From NCBI RefSeq assembly GCF_006345805.1, contig NC_043018.1, positions 2,852,001 to 2,916,000 of the forward strand: DNA of 64,000 nucleotides. The letters run 5' to 3'. Origin of the DNA: Octopus sinensis. Lineage: Eukaryota. The notes beneath the pieces were generated by a model. The model searched no databases. It was given only the letters and a program-made list of their open reading frames with translations, and had not been told where the DNA came from. Of the stretch, positions 1-11,785 are shown one piece after another. How positions within the stretch are numbered: position 1 is the first letter of the stretch; each line of letters starts with the position of its first letter. A program made the position numbers and the translations under genes.

Positions 1-62
1 ATTACCTCATGATCGTGATCCTGCTCTCTAATCACTGAACCATGCCCTTCCCTATATATATA

Positions 63-328
63 TCAGGCTATCAGATGTTGCTACACATCGCTGGTCACAA
101 TGCGCTTCGTATTGTTTTAGCCTTCAAATGACGCCACCCGCTGGCTAGGCGAGCAGACCAACAGAAGAAAGAGTGAGAGGAAGTTGTAGCGAAAGAGTAC
201 AGCAAGGACTGCCACCGTCCCCTGCCGGTGTTTTCGCTCAATAAACACTCACAACACCCGGTCTAGGAAACGAAACCGCGATCCTACGACCGCGAGTCCG
301 CTGCCCTAACCACTAGGCCATTGCGCCT

Positions 329-331
<3 letters not shown>
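63..331 (-). mobile_element. tRNA-derived SINE
   Basis: The minus strand begins TGGAGGCGCAATGGCCTAGTGGTTAGGGCAGCGGACTCGCGGTCGTAGGATCGCGGTTTCGTTTCC, with A-box and B-box-like motifs. The same head occurs at 2843. (TA)n on both flanks. Confidence 0.8.
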
Positions 332-366
<35 letters not shown>

Positions 367-367
367 T

Positions 368-820
368 GAGACGAAGATCTCTTGGGGCTATAAAGCTACA
401 GTAACACCCCCTCCCCAATGTGGTTAGCCATGATAAGATGGCTTCTATACTTTACATTATCGAGCGATTACTGTTTCGATCTCATTCTGAGATTTAATTA
501 TGCTTACTGTTCGTTTTTCGACATCAGTGGCAGATGCCATTAGAAAAACTTATATATATTTGCAAAGGAGCCTTCACTTTCATCGCTACCTGGTGGTTAC
601 CGCCCGTTGACGAGGGACAACAATCCCGAAACTAGTTCGAGCGTATCACTCAGGCTTGCGAGGAAGGGATGGCCTCCCTTTGCAAATACTCCAAGGACAC
701 AAGATATTGTGTCTAAAGCCAGCTAGAGAGACGAAGATCCTTGGGGCTATAAAGCTACGTAACACACCCTCCCCAATGTGGTTAGCCATAATGATAAGAT
801 GGTTCTATACTTTACATTAT
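368..820 (+). mobile_element. Retrozyme-like / Penelope pLTR-like non-coding element: 360-nt monomer plus 93-bp terminal direct repeat
   Basis: 368-460 is repeated at 728-820 (period 360). There is an internal hammerhead motif at 601-643, several hairpins, (TA)n on both sides and no meaningful ORF. Confidence 0.7.
601..643 (+). ncRNA. Type I hammerhead ribozyme motif (U3 variant, dimer-type stem III)
   Basis: CGCCCG-UUGACGA-GGGA caacaa UCCC-GAAA-CUAG-UU-CGAGCG. Stem I pairs 5/6, stem II 4/4, stem III is the palindrome ACUAGU, and the cleavage triplet is GUU (after 637). Confidence 0.7.
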
Positions 821-1109
821 ATATATATATATATACATAAAATATATACATATACACACAAGCACACACACGTTGTTGACTGCTGCTGTCACTACTGAAT
901 GAGAAAGAATATTTTCTAGCTTTAAGCTTTAAGCATGCTGAGGAATTTATAATTACATTAAACACTGAAGAGCCTACAAATCTGTCTCCTATAATTCTTT
1001 TCTGCTTTATTCATTTCCATGAGATAAAGTCATTACAGTCGGTGGTCGTCGTCAATAGAAGTGGGTCATCGTCCTTCTGCTCTTGGAGGATTATGTGGAA
1101 TCCGTTCAC

Positions 1110-1245
1110 ATATTGTTGTTGTTGCTTTTGTTGTTGATGTTGTTGTTGTTGTTGTTGTTCTTCTTCTTCTTCTTCTTCTTCTTCTTCTTCTTCTTCTTCT
1201 TCTTCTTCTTCTCCTTCTTCTTCTTCTTCTTCTTCTTCTTCCTGT
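1110..1245. repeat. Compound (TTG)n-(TTC)n microsatellite
   Basis: Direct reading. It explains the poly-E/Q/L/F ORFs in the track. Confidence 0.95.
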
Positions 1246-1419
1246 TCACTCTTCATATAGCTGTAGAAAAAAGATAACGGGTGAGAAACATCTTCCACCC
1301 CGGTAAAAATACTTCAAGTGCAGATTTTCCTTGCAATTAATTAGGCTCAATCCCTTTTTACGTCTTCCTTTACTAACAGGAGAGAAAATAGATTATATAA
1401 CGAGGAACCCCTTACATGT

Positions 1420-1740
1420 TGGTATCTGCATACTTGCAAACGCTCGGTACACTAATGTATGAATGCTTCAGGTTGATATCTCCACCAACCACGGTCTTAT
1501 GTTTCCTTTAGCCATGTTTGGGCGCCGAAGAATTTAACAAAGTCTTCCCTTCCAATTTCTGCATGACCTTCCTGTCCTTATTTCTTTCTGGATTGGGTGT
1601 ACACTCTGTCCATTAGTTACTTATTGTCCTTTCTTCTAAACACACGTCCCGTGAAAGGGCATTTCAGCGTGTTTAGTTTCCAGATAATATCTGTAGTATC
1701 TGTTGCCACTTTTATCCTGTTATTTCTCCACTTACTGAAT
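1420..1740 (-). pseudogene. Decayed RTE-like LINE ORF C-terminal remnant
   Basis: Minus-strand translation with stops (..GREDFVKFFGAQTWLKET*DRGWWR..EAFI..) resembles the RTE ORF end. Recognised by eye only. Confidence 0.4.
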
Positions 1741-1794
1741 AAGTGACAAAACATGCTGGTATTGTATTTTTTTTTATCGTACTATCCCTTAACT

Positions 1795-1965
1795 ACTGGT
1801 GTTTGGTTACGTGCTCGTAACTTAGCAGTTCCACAAACGAGATCGATCTAATAAGCACTCGACGTTTCAAAAAACGAAATTTAAGTACTTGGGTCGAATT
1901 GTTCAATTGAAACCTTCAAAGGTGTGCCCCAGCATTACCGCAATCCAATGAGCAAGAAAAGTATG
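1795..1965 (+). mobile_element. Degenerate SINE 3' part
   Basis: Similar to the 3' half of the SINE at 62676-63095 (cgtaacttagcagtt...ccccagcattaccgca). Confidence 0.55.
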
Positions 1966-2374
1966 TAATAAAAATATATATGCGATCATAAAGAATCCTT
2001 ATAGGATTTATATAATACCATTATTTTACCTGTATATATGCCGCCTAATTTTATATTTCTTTTGGTTTTCATTCACTTCATAAAATTCATTTTGATTCTG
2101 ATGATAGGATTTACATAAAAACGGTATTTTACACGTTTATACCGCCTAATTGTATTTTACTTTTGGTTTTCATGTTTCATAAAATTTATTTTCATTCTCA
2201 TATTTATTTCCATTTCTTCGTTTAATGTTTTATGTTTTTACGTACAACATTTTTACTATATTAAATAGAATTACAGACAAGTAATTGTTAATAAATATAT
2301 TACTGTCTTTATGGATAGTGTTAGAGTGTCGTCAAAAACGTTTCACAACAAACATATTTTTTATTAGATCTTCG

Positions 2375-2411
<37 letters not shown>

Positions 2412-2566
2412 TCGCATACATACACACTCATTTACATGCATATATAGGAAGGTATGTATGGAGGCCGAAAAAAGAGACAGACAGACAAACATAATTACAG
2501 ATACGTTGCTAAATATGTAGAAAGATATAGATGTAATTCATATATTGATTTTTATGCGCCGTTTTA

Positions 2567-2839
2567 AAGCCTAGCCAGGCTCATGGGCCCGGTTTCCCGG
2601 GTTCTGTGGTGTATGTCCCCCCCCCCAGCCGGATGGGATGTCTGTCCATGGCAGGATTCCTCAAGAAATAGGAAAGTTGTGGAGAAAGAGTACAACAGGG
2701 GTCGCCACCACCACCTGCCGGAGCCTCGTGGAGCTTTAGGTGTTTTCGCTCAACAAACACACACAACGACCGGTCTGGGAATCGAAACCGCAATCCTCGG
2801 ACCGCGAGTCCGCTGCCCTAACCACTGGGCGATTGCGCC

Positions 2840-2843
<4 letters not shown>
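2567..2843 (-). mobile_element. tRNA-derived SINE
   Basis: Same head as 63-331 with B-box GTTTCGATTCC, but a different 3' tail. 5' flank is (TA)n. Confidence 0.8.
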
Positions 2844-2879
<36 letters not shown>

Positions 2880-3070
2880 GTGTGTGTGTGTGTATGTGTG
2901 TACGTGTATGTATATATATATATATACGTATATATATACATATATATAAAATTAAGAAGTCAATATATATTGATATCTTCCTATCAATATAATTAGTTAG
3001 ACCCAGTTGGCATCAGGGTTGTCTTTAACAACCACTTGCGTGGATATCCCTTCCTCAAATTCTGAATGAG

Positions 3071-3121
<51 letters not shown>

Positions 3122-3351
3122 TGTATGAAAAGTATTGGTGTCGGAAGACCCATAAGGTATCGGGTAGACGCTGAGTAAGTACTATGGATAGACCATGATT
3201 AAGCTCCAAGTTCGATATGGTTTATATATTTGCATTCATTTATATAAATTGACCGAATGAGATGAAAAATATGGAAGGCAGGAAAATAGATTTTCTTCAT
3301 AAGGGTTATGAAATCTATGTACTGCCTTGGTTTTTTTATCTCATTATATGC

Positions 3352-3395
<44 letters not shown>

Positions 3396-3692
3396 ATAGA
3401 TAGATAAATAGATAAATATAGGTATACAGATACGTATATCAACGTTTTATCTTATGACTATATATAAATTTAGCGACACTTTTGTGAGGTTGTGCGTCTG
3501 CGAACCTCCCTGTATTTAGCACAGATACATATATGTCGATACGTAAGCGTGTGGCATGTGTACCAAATGTAACTGGATAGTTGGATAGTGTGATTAGTAA
3601 ACCGCGATATTCTATGTATATATACACGTGTGTGTATATGTATGTGTACACGAACGCAAACACATACACATGCACATACAGCATAATTACAG

Positions 3693-3742
<50 letters not shown>

Positions 3743-3744
3743 GT

Positions 3745-4080
3745 CCCCTGCCCAATTAAGGATCACAGCATATGGGTACACTGCAACATAATTTATTTTA
3801 TCCTCAACAGGGCCTGCACTGTTTAACACTGTCCCGAAAAAGATCAAAGACGAAACGGATCCCATCACCTTTAAAATGAGACTGAACAGATTTCTTCAAG
3901 GAATAACGGATAAGCCACCCATACCTGGATAAAACTCACACCACACGAAGTCACTACTTGAATGGACCATGAACAAAACTTCACTTAAAAAGGATTTTGA
4001 TAATCCTATCAGGTGGTTCTATTAAGTTAGACATGGCCTGGACCAATCTTTGGTCGAAACATATCTAAATCTTATCTAAG
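3745..4080 (+). mobile_element. 5'-truncated CR1/L2-like LINE 3' end
   Basis: Translation GPALFNTVPKKIKDETDPITFKMRLNRFLQGITDKPPIPG*NSHHTKSLLEW resembles a CR1-like ORF2 end. There is a 3' stem-loop at 4027-4068 and a related copy at about 58560-58780. Confidence 0.6.
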
Positions 4081-4084
4081 TTTT

Positions 4085-4157
<73 letters not shown>

Positions 4158-4273
4158 TGTGTGCGTGTGTGTGTGTGTGTGTATTTATGTATGTATACAT
4201 ACATATATAAATATACAAAGGTTGTCTGATGGCTTCATAATTAATGCTATATAGATATTTATATACACATATA

Positions 4274-4415
4274 CGAGGGTGTGTTGAAAGGCCTGGCTTG
4301 AGTCCGAACCTTCTGACACTTTGACCCATTCTATAAAACTTGGACGGCTTCAATATTTGTGTAAATCTGGAATATTTTTTTAAACCCAAAGCCAGGAACT
4401 TTTCAGCACCCCTGG
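4274..4415. mobile_element. Mariner-type MITE
   Basis: Imperfect TIRs: CGAGGGTGTGTTGAAAGGCCTGGCTT versus the reverse complement of the right end, CCAGGGGTGCTGAAAAGTTCCTGGCTT. TA at 4272-4273 and 4416-4417. Confidence 0.65.
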
Positions 4416-4777
4416 TAGTAATTGTGTATACCGCGGGAAAACAGTAAGCCATCCAGTGCATGCATTGCATACGTTGAACCTTCGACCTTGAAATATACGT
4501 ATAATTATGTGCAGCCTCATTCTGCTTCTTTATTTTAATTCATAACGGCCCACGATGGGATATGTTTAATAATTATTCATTTTTTTCTGTATTAAGTTAT
4601 TTGATATATAATTTTTCTTGTTAAACTTCCATCATGAAAATTATATATATTCGATGAAATTTTTAATTGGAAAATTTTGTGGCGTAATAAAGTTTAAGAT
4701 GAAAAGCTTTCATAAATTTATGGTTTATGGTCCCATAAATATAACGGGAAAGCAAGCAGGCAAGAAATTTAACACAC

Positions 4778-4878
<101 letters not shown>

Positions 4879-5008
4879 CACACATATGCATAGATGTGCA
4901 TATATATATATATTCATTTATATATATATATGTATATATATATTGGTAAAAACGGTAAGATAACAAAAGAAAGAAAGAGACCACAATAGAGTAAATAGAG
5001 GAAATTTA

Positions 5009-5204
5009 TCTGTAAAATAATTTGACAATTATTCAAAGCCAAGATAAAACTCTGAGTTTCAGATGCCGAAGTGGATATCCACAACACCATCTCTTCGGAT
5101 ATCTGGCCAGATAACCGAAGAGATGGTGTTGTAGATTTCCACCTCGGCATCCGAAACTCAGAGTTTTATCTTGGCTATTGATAATTGTCAATATAATTTA
5201 CAGA
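5009..5204. repeat. Spacerless 196-bp palindrome made of two back-to-back hammerhead-containing units
   Basis: The arms are reverse complements with scattered mismatches. The centre is TGG|CCA at 5106/5107. (TA)n lies nearby on both sides. Confidence 0.9.
5107..5174 (+). ncRNA. Variant type I hammerhead motif (mirror copy on the minus strand at about 5039-5106)
   Basis: CCAGAUAA-CCGAAGA-GAUG..CAUC-C-GAAA-CUCAGAG-UU-UUAUCUUGG. Stem I has 6 bp, a bulge and 2 bp. Stem III is ACUC-A-GAGU and the triplet is GUU. Confidence 0.55.
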
Positions 5205-5209
5205 CATAT

Positions 5210-5269
<60 letters not shown>

Positions 5270-5559
5270 TAAAGCATTAAATTTTGTTAAAATGTTCATT
5301 GTTGTAGATACGTTTGTCTCGCTTATGGAGATTTAATTCGATCCTTGTAGAGGTAAACTTTTGTCAAGGAAATTCCTCATGTGACCATCCGTAATGTGTA
5401 GTTAAGTTAGTATCCTGTTTGACAAAAAAACTAAACTCGCAGTCTTATAATCGTTAGATATTTAAACTGTGCCTTTCACTTTTCTTACCAAAATCAATCC
5501 GTATCCGTTTTAGGCAGTAGTGTGATATTTCAAGAATAAAAATGTGTCGAGAGAGAGCA

Positions 5560-5940
5560 GAGCTACCATCCAAGACAATTCAATCTGAGCATTTCAGTAT
5601 TCTCTGGTTTTATCTCTGCATTTTGTTCTAAGAGAGATGTTGTGACTAGAAGAAATCGTCTAAGCTTCTAGCCAGTCCATTAGCCATATATATCTTATTA
5701 AGTTGGGTCCTCTTAAAATCACTAAGGACATAAAAATGAACATGCGTCGAAGAAAAATTATGTTATCTTAAGTAATTGCTTCTAATATTTTGCATTACTT
5801 GGTACATGTCACAATTTCAGTTCCCTTTGCAGGGATTTGCTGTTGTTGAAACCCAGTTCGGCACTATACCACCCGATAAATATATGATTAAGATCACTCT
5901 ACCCATTTTGTATCTACCATATCAAGCTTTCCCCTAGATA
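5560..5940 (-). pseudogene. Possible highly decayed CR1-like ORF2 remnant
   Basis: Patchy minus-strand resemblance (IIYL.GGIVPN) with many stops. Confidence 0.25.
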
Positions 5941-6013
5941 TAGTGGGTTTAGAATTAAAATTTCGAATTTCATTTCAGAACAGTAAAATCTGATTTAAAA
6001 ATAATATTCTAAA

Positions 6014-6346
6014 CAGTGGTACTCAACCGGCGACCATATGGCCCCTGAGAGGCCGTATAAGATTTTGGGATTTCACGCTACAAAGTAGTAAGCTGGGAAT
6101 CCACAATAGTATTTTAAGGGCCCTCGAAAAATTTTGTTTTAGATATATGTATTGGTATGTATTGTAAGAAACAGTTAGGTTTCTTTCTCTTAGTTCAAAC
6201 TCCGCAAGTTAATGTGTAAAATAAAAGTATTTTAAAAGAAGTTTTTATAAAACTAATCTGTAAACATCGAATGGCTATGGGGTTCCGCCAGAATAAAAGG
6301 GTAGTCATAGGGGTTGATAGATAAAAAAAAAAGTTTAGCACCCTTG
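6014..6346. mobile_element. Degenerate hAT-type MITE
   Basis: Left end CAGTGGTACTCAAC, right end AAGTTTAGCACCCTTG (imperfect inverted match). The flanks attctaaa / ttttaaaa are only a partial 8-bp TSD. Confidence 0.45.
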
Positions 6347-6628
6347 TTTTAAAACATTGTATCTAGATTGAAAATCTAGTAGAAAAACTTTGGAGAAATT
6401 TAGGAAAATTTGGCTTCAATTTCTAGCAGATCTACGGACTACATACAGACCTTTAACTGCATGTATGAAGTAGGATGAATGTTACACTTGAGAATATTTC
6501 TCTAGATACACTCTCCCTGAAAATAATCAGTATAGAAGTTTTTAAAACACCTTTGGTCAGGGACCTACGCTTTCAATCTTAGTAAGGAGTTAATCAAGCA
6601 CATCCACAGTTGCCATATTCGGAAGTGT

Positions 6629-6728
6629 NNNNNNNNNNNNNNNNNNNNNNNNNNNNNNNNNNNNNNNNNNNNNNNNNNNNNNNNNNNNNNNNNNNNNNNN
6701 NNNNNNNNNNNNNNNNNNNNNNNNNNNN
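6629..6728. other. Assembly gap (100 N)
   Basis: Run of n characters. Confidence 1.
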
Positions 6729-7098
6729 ATGTACGTGAGTATGTATGTACGTACGCATGTATCTGAGCGTTTACGCATGTATGTAGACTAGTCTGCGTGT
6801 GTGTATATGTGTATGTGTATGCTATTAATGTATGCTTATGAGTGATGTGTGTCTGTCAAGTGTGTAATTATATAAAAACTGTATCCGTCGAAGTTTGTAT
6901 ATATATATATATGTTTCCTTCATCGCCGTCTAACAGTGAATGGATGCAATGTCTTAGATACATACAAGCAGATATGAACATACCTATACATATGTACAAG
7001 CACACACAAAAATCTACGCATAATCTCACAGTATTTTCACAGACGGCAGCGAACCCCAACACTTTTTTGTATTTTACATAGACATCTACATACACACT

Positions 7099-7182
<84 letters not shown>

Positions 7183-8003
7183 ATATATATATATTATATA
7201 TATATATATATATAGAGATATATAAATACATACATATATATATATTTATTTTATTTTATTTTATCTAGTTACAGCTCACGAGCGGGGGCCATGCTGGGGC
7301 ACCGACATATATATATATATATATATGTATGTATATATATATATATTATATATATATATATATATATTATATATATTTATACATACATATACATACATAT
7401 ATGTACATGCATATACACACACATACACACATGCTAAAATACACATACATCACACATACGCACATGTAAATATCAATCTGGGTACGTTCATATAACTGCA
7501 TATAATTACATATATTTCTATATCACGCATCTCAACATGTATATATGAATTTCTACATTTCAGTGAGAGAAAGGAGTGATTATATGGGCTTCTTATTCCC
7601 ATTCTTTTCCAAATTAACTCCTTGTATTGACCTCTACTATTTCTCTGTATGTAGCCATATCACATCGTCTCTAATGAAAGGATACCCTTAACGTCTCAGA
7701 AACAGCTGTAAGACTAACTTTCTGTTTATAAATGTCCTGAAAATTCTGCACATCATTGGCTTTGTTGTCTCATTTCATTTAACACACACACATACATACA
7801 CACACGCACACATATATGTATATATTTATATATTTATGTGTGTGTATGAGTATGTGTGCGTATGATTATATAGGTGTATTTATGAGGATATATATATATA
7901 TATAAATAAACATTATGAATTTACAAATATATACATGTATGTATGCATATCGATATATGTGTATATATGTATATATGTATTATGTATATATGTATATACA
8001 TAT

Positions 8004-8034
<31 letters not shown>

Positions 8035-8059
8035 TCTATATATATATATATCTATATAT

Positions 8060-8093
<34 letters not shown>

Positions 8094-9201
8094 TATGTAT
8101 TTACAAGCATATATAAATATATATAGAGAGAGAAAGAGAAAATCCCAGGATTACACAGAGAGAAGTATATTGATATTGGGAGATTAGGAGAGGATTGAAA
8201 ACCGAGAACCGAGTGGTGAGAGTAGGACTAATGCATTTGCGGTTAAAATAGTTGCTGGCAGCAAAAATGTTACGATGTCAACGTCAAAGCAGCAAGGCAG
8301 CCTCCGTCGAGTGCACATCCTGTTTCCCGCTGTGTCTCTATAATCTTACCACCACCACCATCAACACCAACGCCAACAACAACACAACCAAGGAAACGGT
8401 ACATATATATATATATATATATAATCTACTCTTTCCTCTCTATCTGTTTCCTCTCATATTGTCGTCTCTCGTGGCATGCTTGAACGACAAATACTTTTTA
8501 CTTGATTAGTGCAGAGAACACTTTCAAAGCTGATATCCCCAACACGGCACCGTCACCATCACTACCACCACCACCACCACCTGTCGTATTGGCAACGTCT
8601 CTCTTCGTTAGCACTTTCCATTTGCATTTCGCCTTAACACCAATCTCTGTGAATAAATCAAAGACGAAGCACTAACAGATCGCAGCAGGTAGCACAATAC
8701 ACATGCGCGTATGCAGATTTTAAATGGTTAATTTTCTCTTCGTTTCTGATGGAATTGAAGGAATTTAAGTGTGTATGTTTTATTGCACCAATGTAGGTGT
8801 GCATATGCGTATGTATATATGTCTGTATGTGTGTGTGTGACTTTTTATTTGTCTGCATGTGTGTGTATTTGTGAGTATGTGAAGTTTCCTGGGTATATGA
8901 GGTAAACGTGTTTCTGTGTGTGTTTTTCACGAAGTGTATATATAAAGGCTGTATATGAAGATACATATGCAAATGTGCTTTTAACTGAATTTTGTGTCAT
9001 AAACTCTGACGCACATTCTTTCCTACTTCGTTAGTACATATATATATATATATATATATAATACACACACATACATATATATGTGTGTATATATATGAAT
9101 GTATGCATGTGTGTGTGTCAGTGTATACGCATATAGGTTTATACATGTTTATTGATATTAACACATGCATATTAATATATACGCGAATGCATACTTAAGT
9201 G

Positions 9202-9209
<8 letters not shown>

Positions 9210-9287
<78 letters not shown>
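9210..9287. repeat. (GATA)n array without a Tx1 insertion
   Basis: Direct reading. Similar empty arrays occur at about 51231-51460 (as TATC) and 59160-59265. Confidence 0.95.
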
Positions 9288-9288
<1 letters not shown>

Positions 9289-9554
9289 GGATATAAGTGT
9301 GTGTGCGTGTGTTTGTGTCGACTTATAGATGCATTTATTTCTTCGTGCTTTAAATAAGGATGATATTGATTACTGACTTTGGTACCAAAAATGGCTCTTC
9401 GGACGAAGACTGGAAGACCGAGAGATCCAAAAACCTCCCACCTATCCAACACTTTCGTATGAGGAATTCATCAAATATGTTAAGTCCTTCTCTTCATATA
9501 GAAACACACACACACACACACACAAAGCGGCGTGCACGTACCTAAACATACTCG

Positions 9555-9600
<46 letters not shown>

Positions 9601-9602
<2 letters not shown>

Positions 9603-9754
9603 TGATCTTTCCTTCTCCTTTGTTTCCGACGAAGAGCTCCGCTCGAAATGTTAAACCCTCCTTCTTCCCTTCTTTCCTGAGCGTCCAATAATACTTTATT
9701 TGTTCAACGTCCTCACGTTGCTGTGTTTTTTTGTGTTTTCTTGTTTGGATTAAG
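9601..9754 (+). mobile_element. Short non-coding repeat with a hammerhead motif (9621-9656), copy 1
   Basis: UGUUU-CCGACGA-A-GAGC ucc GCUC-GAAA-UG-UU-AAAC. Homologous to 35002-35190 (minus). (TA)n on both flanks. Stem III carries a CpG-type C>T change. Confidence 0.65.
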
Positions 9755-10267
9755 TATATATATATATATTTATATATATATATATATATTATTGTTATCC
9801 GAGTGCTAGTTATCGCACGGCAATCTCGAAATTGGGTATTATATATGGGCCACGGTAACAAGTGGTTTGCTCTTGATTTATACGGCAAATAAGAAAACGG
9901 AGAGGATATAAAATCGACCCGCACATCCATTTATTGAAAGATACAGAAATAATTAATTATCAAACGCAGAATAATGTTAACAGATTAGCAGGAACACGAT
10001 AAAATTTCTATACTTTTGCTTAAAAATTTTTCAGCGGCTATCAATGAAACTACAACTCACAGTGCTTTACTTTTAAGCTAAACTGCCCTCTGACAAATTG
10101 ATCTGAAATGTTTGATCTTATAAACCTAGTTTTATAAGACGCTGATGTTAAATTCAAATTAAAGTAAACGAATAACGTTTGCTTTTTAGAAGCGTTCAGA
10201 TGTAATGAAAAATACAGAAATAATGCTAACAGAAAAGCAGGAACAAAATAAAATGTCCATATATTTG

Positions 10268-10304
<37 letters not shown>

Positions 10305-11216
10305 ACATTCATACATACAGTTAGATCTTTCGCTATTTCGCTTTGTCATAAGTGATACTAAGAACACGAAATGGAGCTCGATATAAATACATGCTCTTCA
10401 GAAAACAAAAAACGTTAATCGTTAGCCGAGTGTGAGTGTGTGTGTGTATGTGAGTGTGTTAACAAAAAAGTTATGTAAGAGGTACTATTAGCCTACAGCT
10501 GTTTCTTCATTGAAATGCAATGCGCTCATAGTTGTCTGTGTGTTTGTTTGTTTGTGTGTGTGTCTGTTTGTATTTATTTATGTGTGGGGGGTGACCATAC
10601 AGCCTTATGGCATTTTCAGAAATGAAGACTAATTTTGTTTGGGAAAGCAGTTAATGTCTACGGAAAATATCAATGTCGAAAAATAAGATATATATTATAT
10701 ATATATAGGAAGCCTAATATAGAGATTGAAGGCTAAAAATTACCTTCAGAAATATGTAGTTTTTTGTATATATGTGTAGACAGTTACGCATATGTCGAAC
10801 CCCTGTAAACATAACAATTCATACGCACATATGTATATCCATATCAATTCAGATTGCAAATAAGTCTCACCACAAGAACCAAGTTAGAGCAAAGTGAATG
10901 GAAGTAGAAAGTGATAGAACCGTTTTATCCTATTTAGGTTCTTATGGGTCAGTCATATGTACATAGTCTATTGTTATACATTTTCATGCGAAGGCGTAAA
11001 AGTTTCTTTGCATTGCGGTTCCAACATAAGTGTATCTGCATACACAAAATTGTTTAAATCCGCATATTTCTGGGAGTGATTTTTTGCCCTTCAGAAACAT
11101 TACTCTATATATCGTGACCTCGCACACATACTTACATACAAATGAATACACATACACACACACACACACACACACCACACACACACACACACACACACGT
11201 ATGCATAATGTATATG

Positions 11217-11279
<63 letters not shown>

Positions 11280-11301
11280 TATATTTATTTTATATATATA
11301 T

Positions 11302-11347
<46 letters not shown>

Positions 11348-11785
11348 GATAGATAGATATGTTTCTTTATTAGCCACACAGGGCTGCACACAGATAGAAC
11401 AAATTACAAGGTAGAGCTTTTCTTTTGAAGGTTTAAAAAAATAAAATAAAAATAAAAAATAAGAAAAAAATAAAATAAAAAAAAATAAAAATAAAAATAA
11501 AATAAAAAAGGGGGGGTCGATCAAAAGGGATCGTAAAAGGAGAGAAAGAGGACAAAAAAAGGGGGGGTTAAAAAAAAAGGGGGAGAGGAAAAAAATTGAT
11601 CAATAGGGATCGTTATCACAGAAATGTCAATATGAAGTGTAAAGGGGGGGACAGGTGAGGTTTACCCGTGGAAAGAAAAGCCTACGGAAAAGACCACGGT
11701 AACCTCGGTCAATGAAGTCACATGTTATATTTCTTTTTTTTTTTTTTTTTTGCAAATAAGCAACTCTCTGTATTAATTTTACGGT

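Noticed and set aside
9940-10270. Partial tandem repeat (period about 271) with ctgacaa..gaaatgtt at 10090-10113 as a further hammerhead
   Set aside because: Stems I and II cannot be rebuilt. At most a very decayed pLTR.
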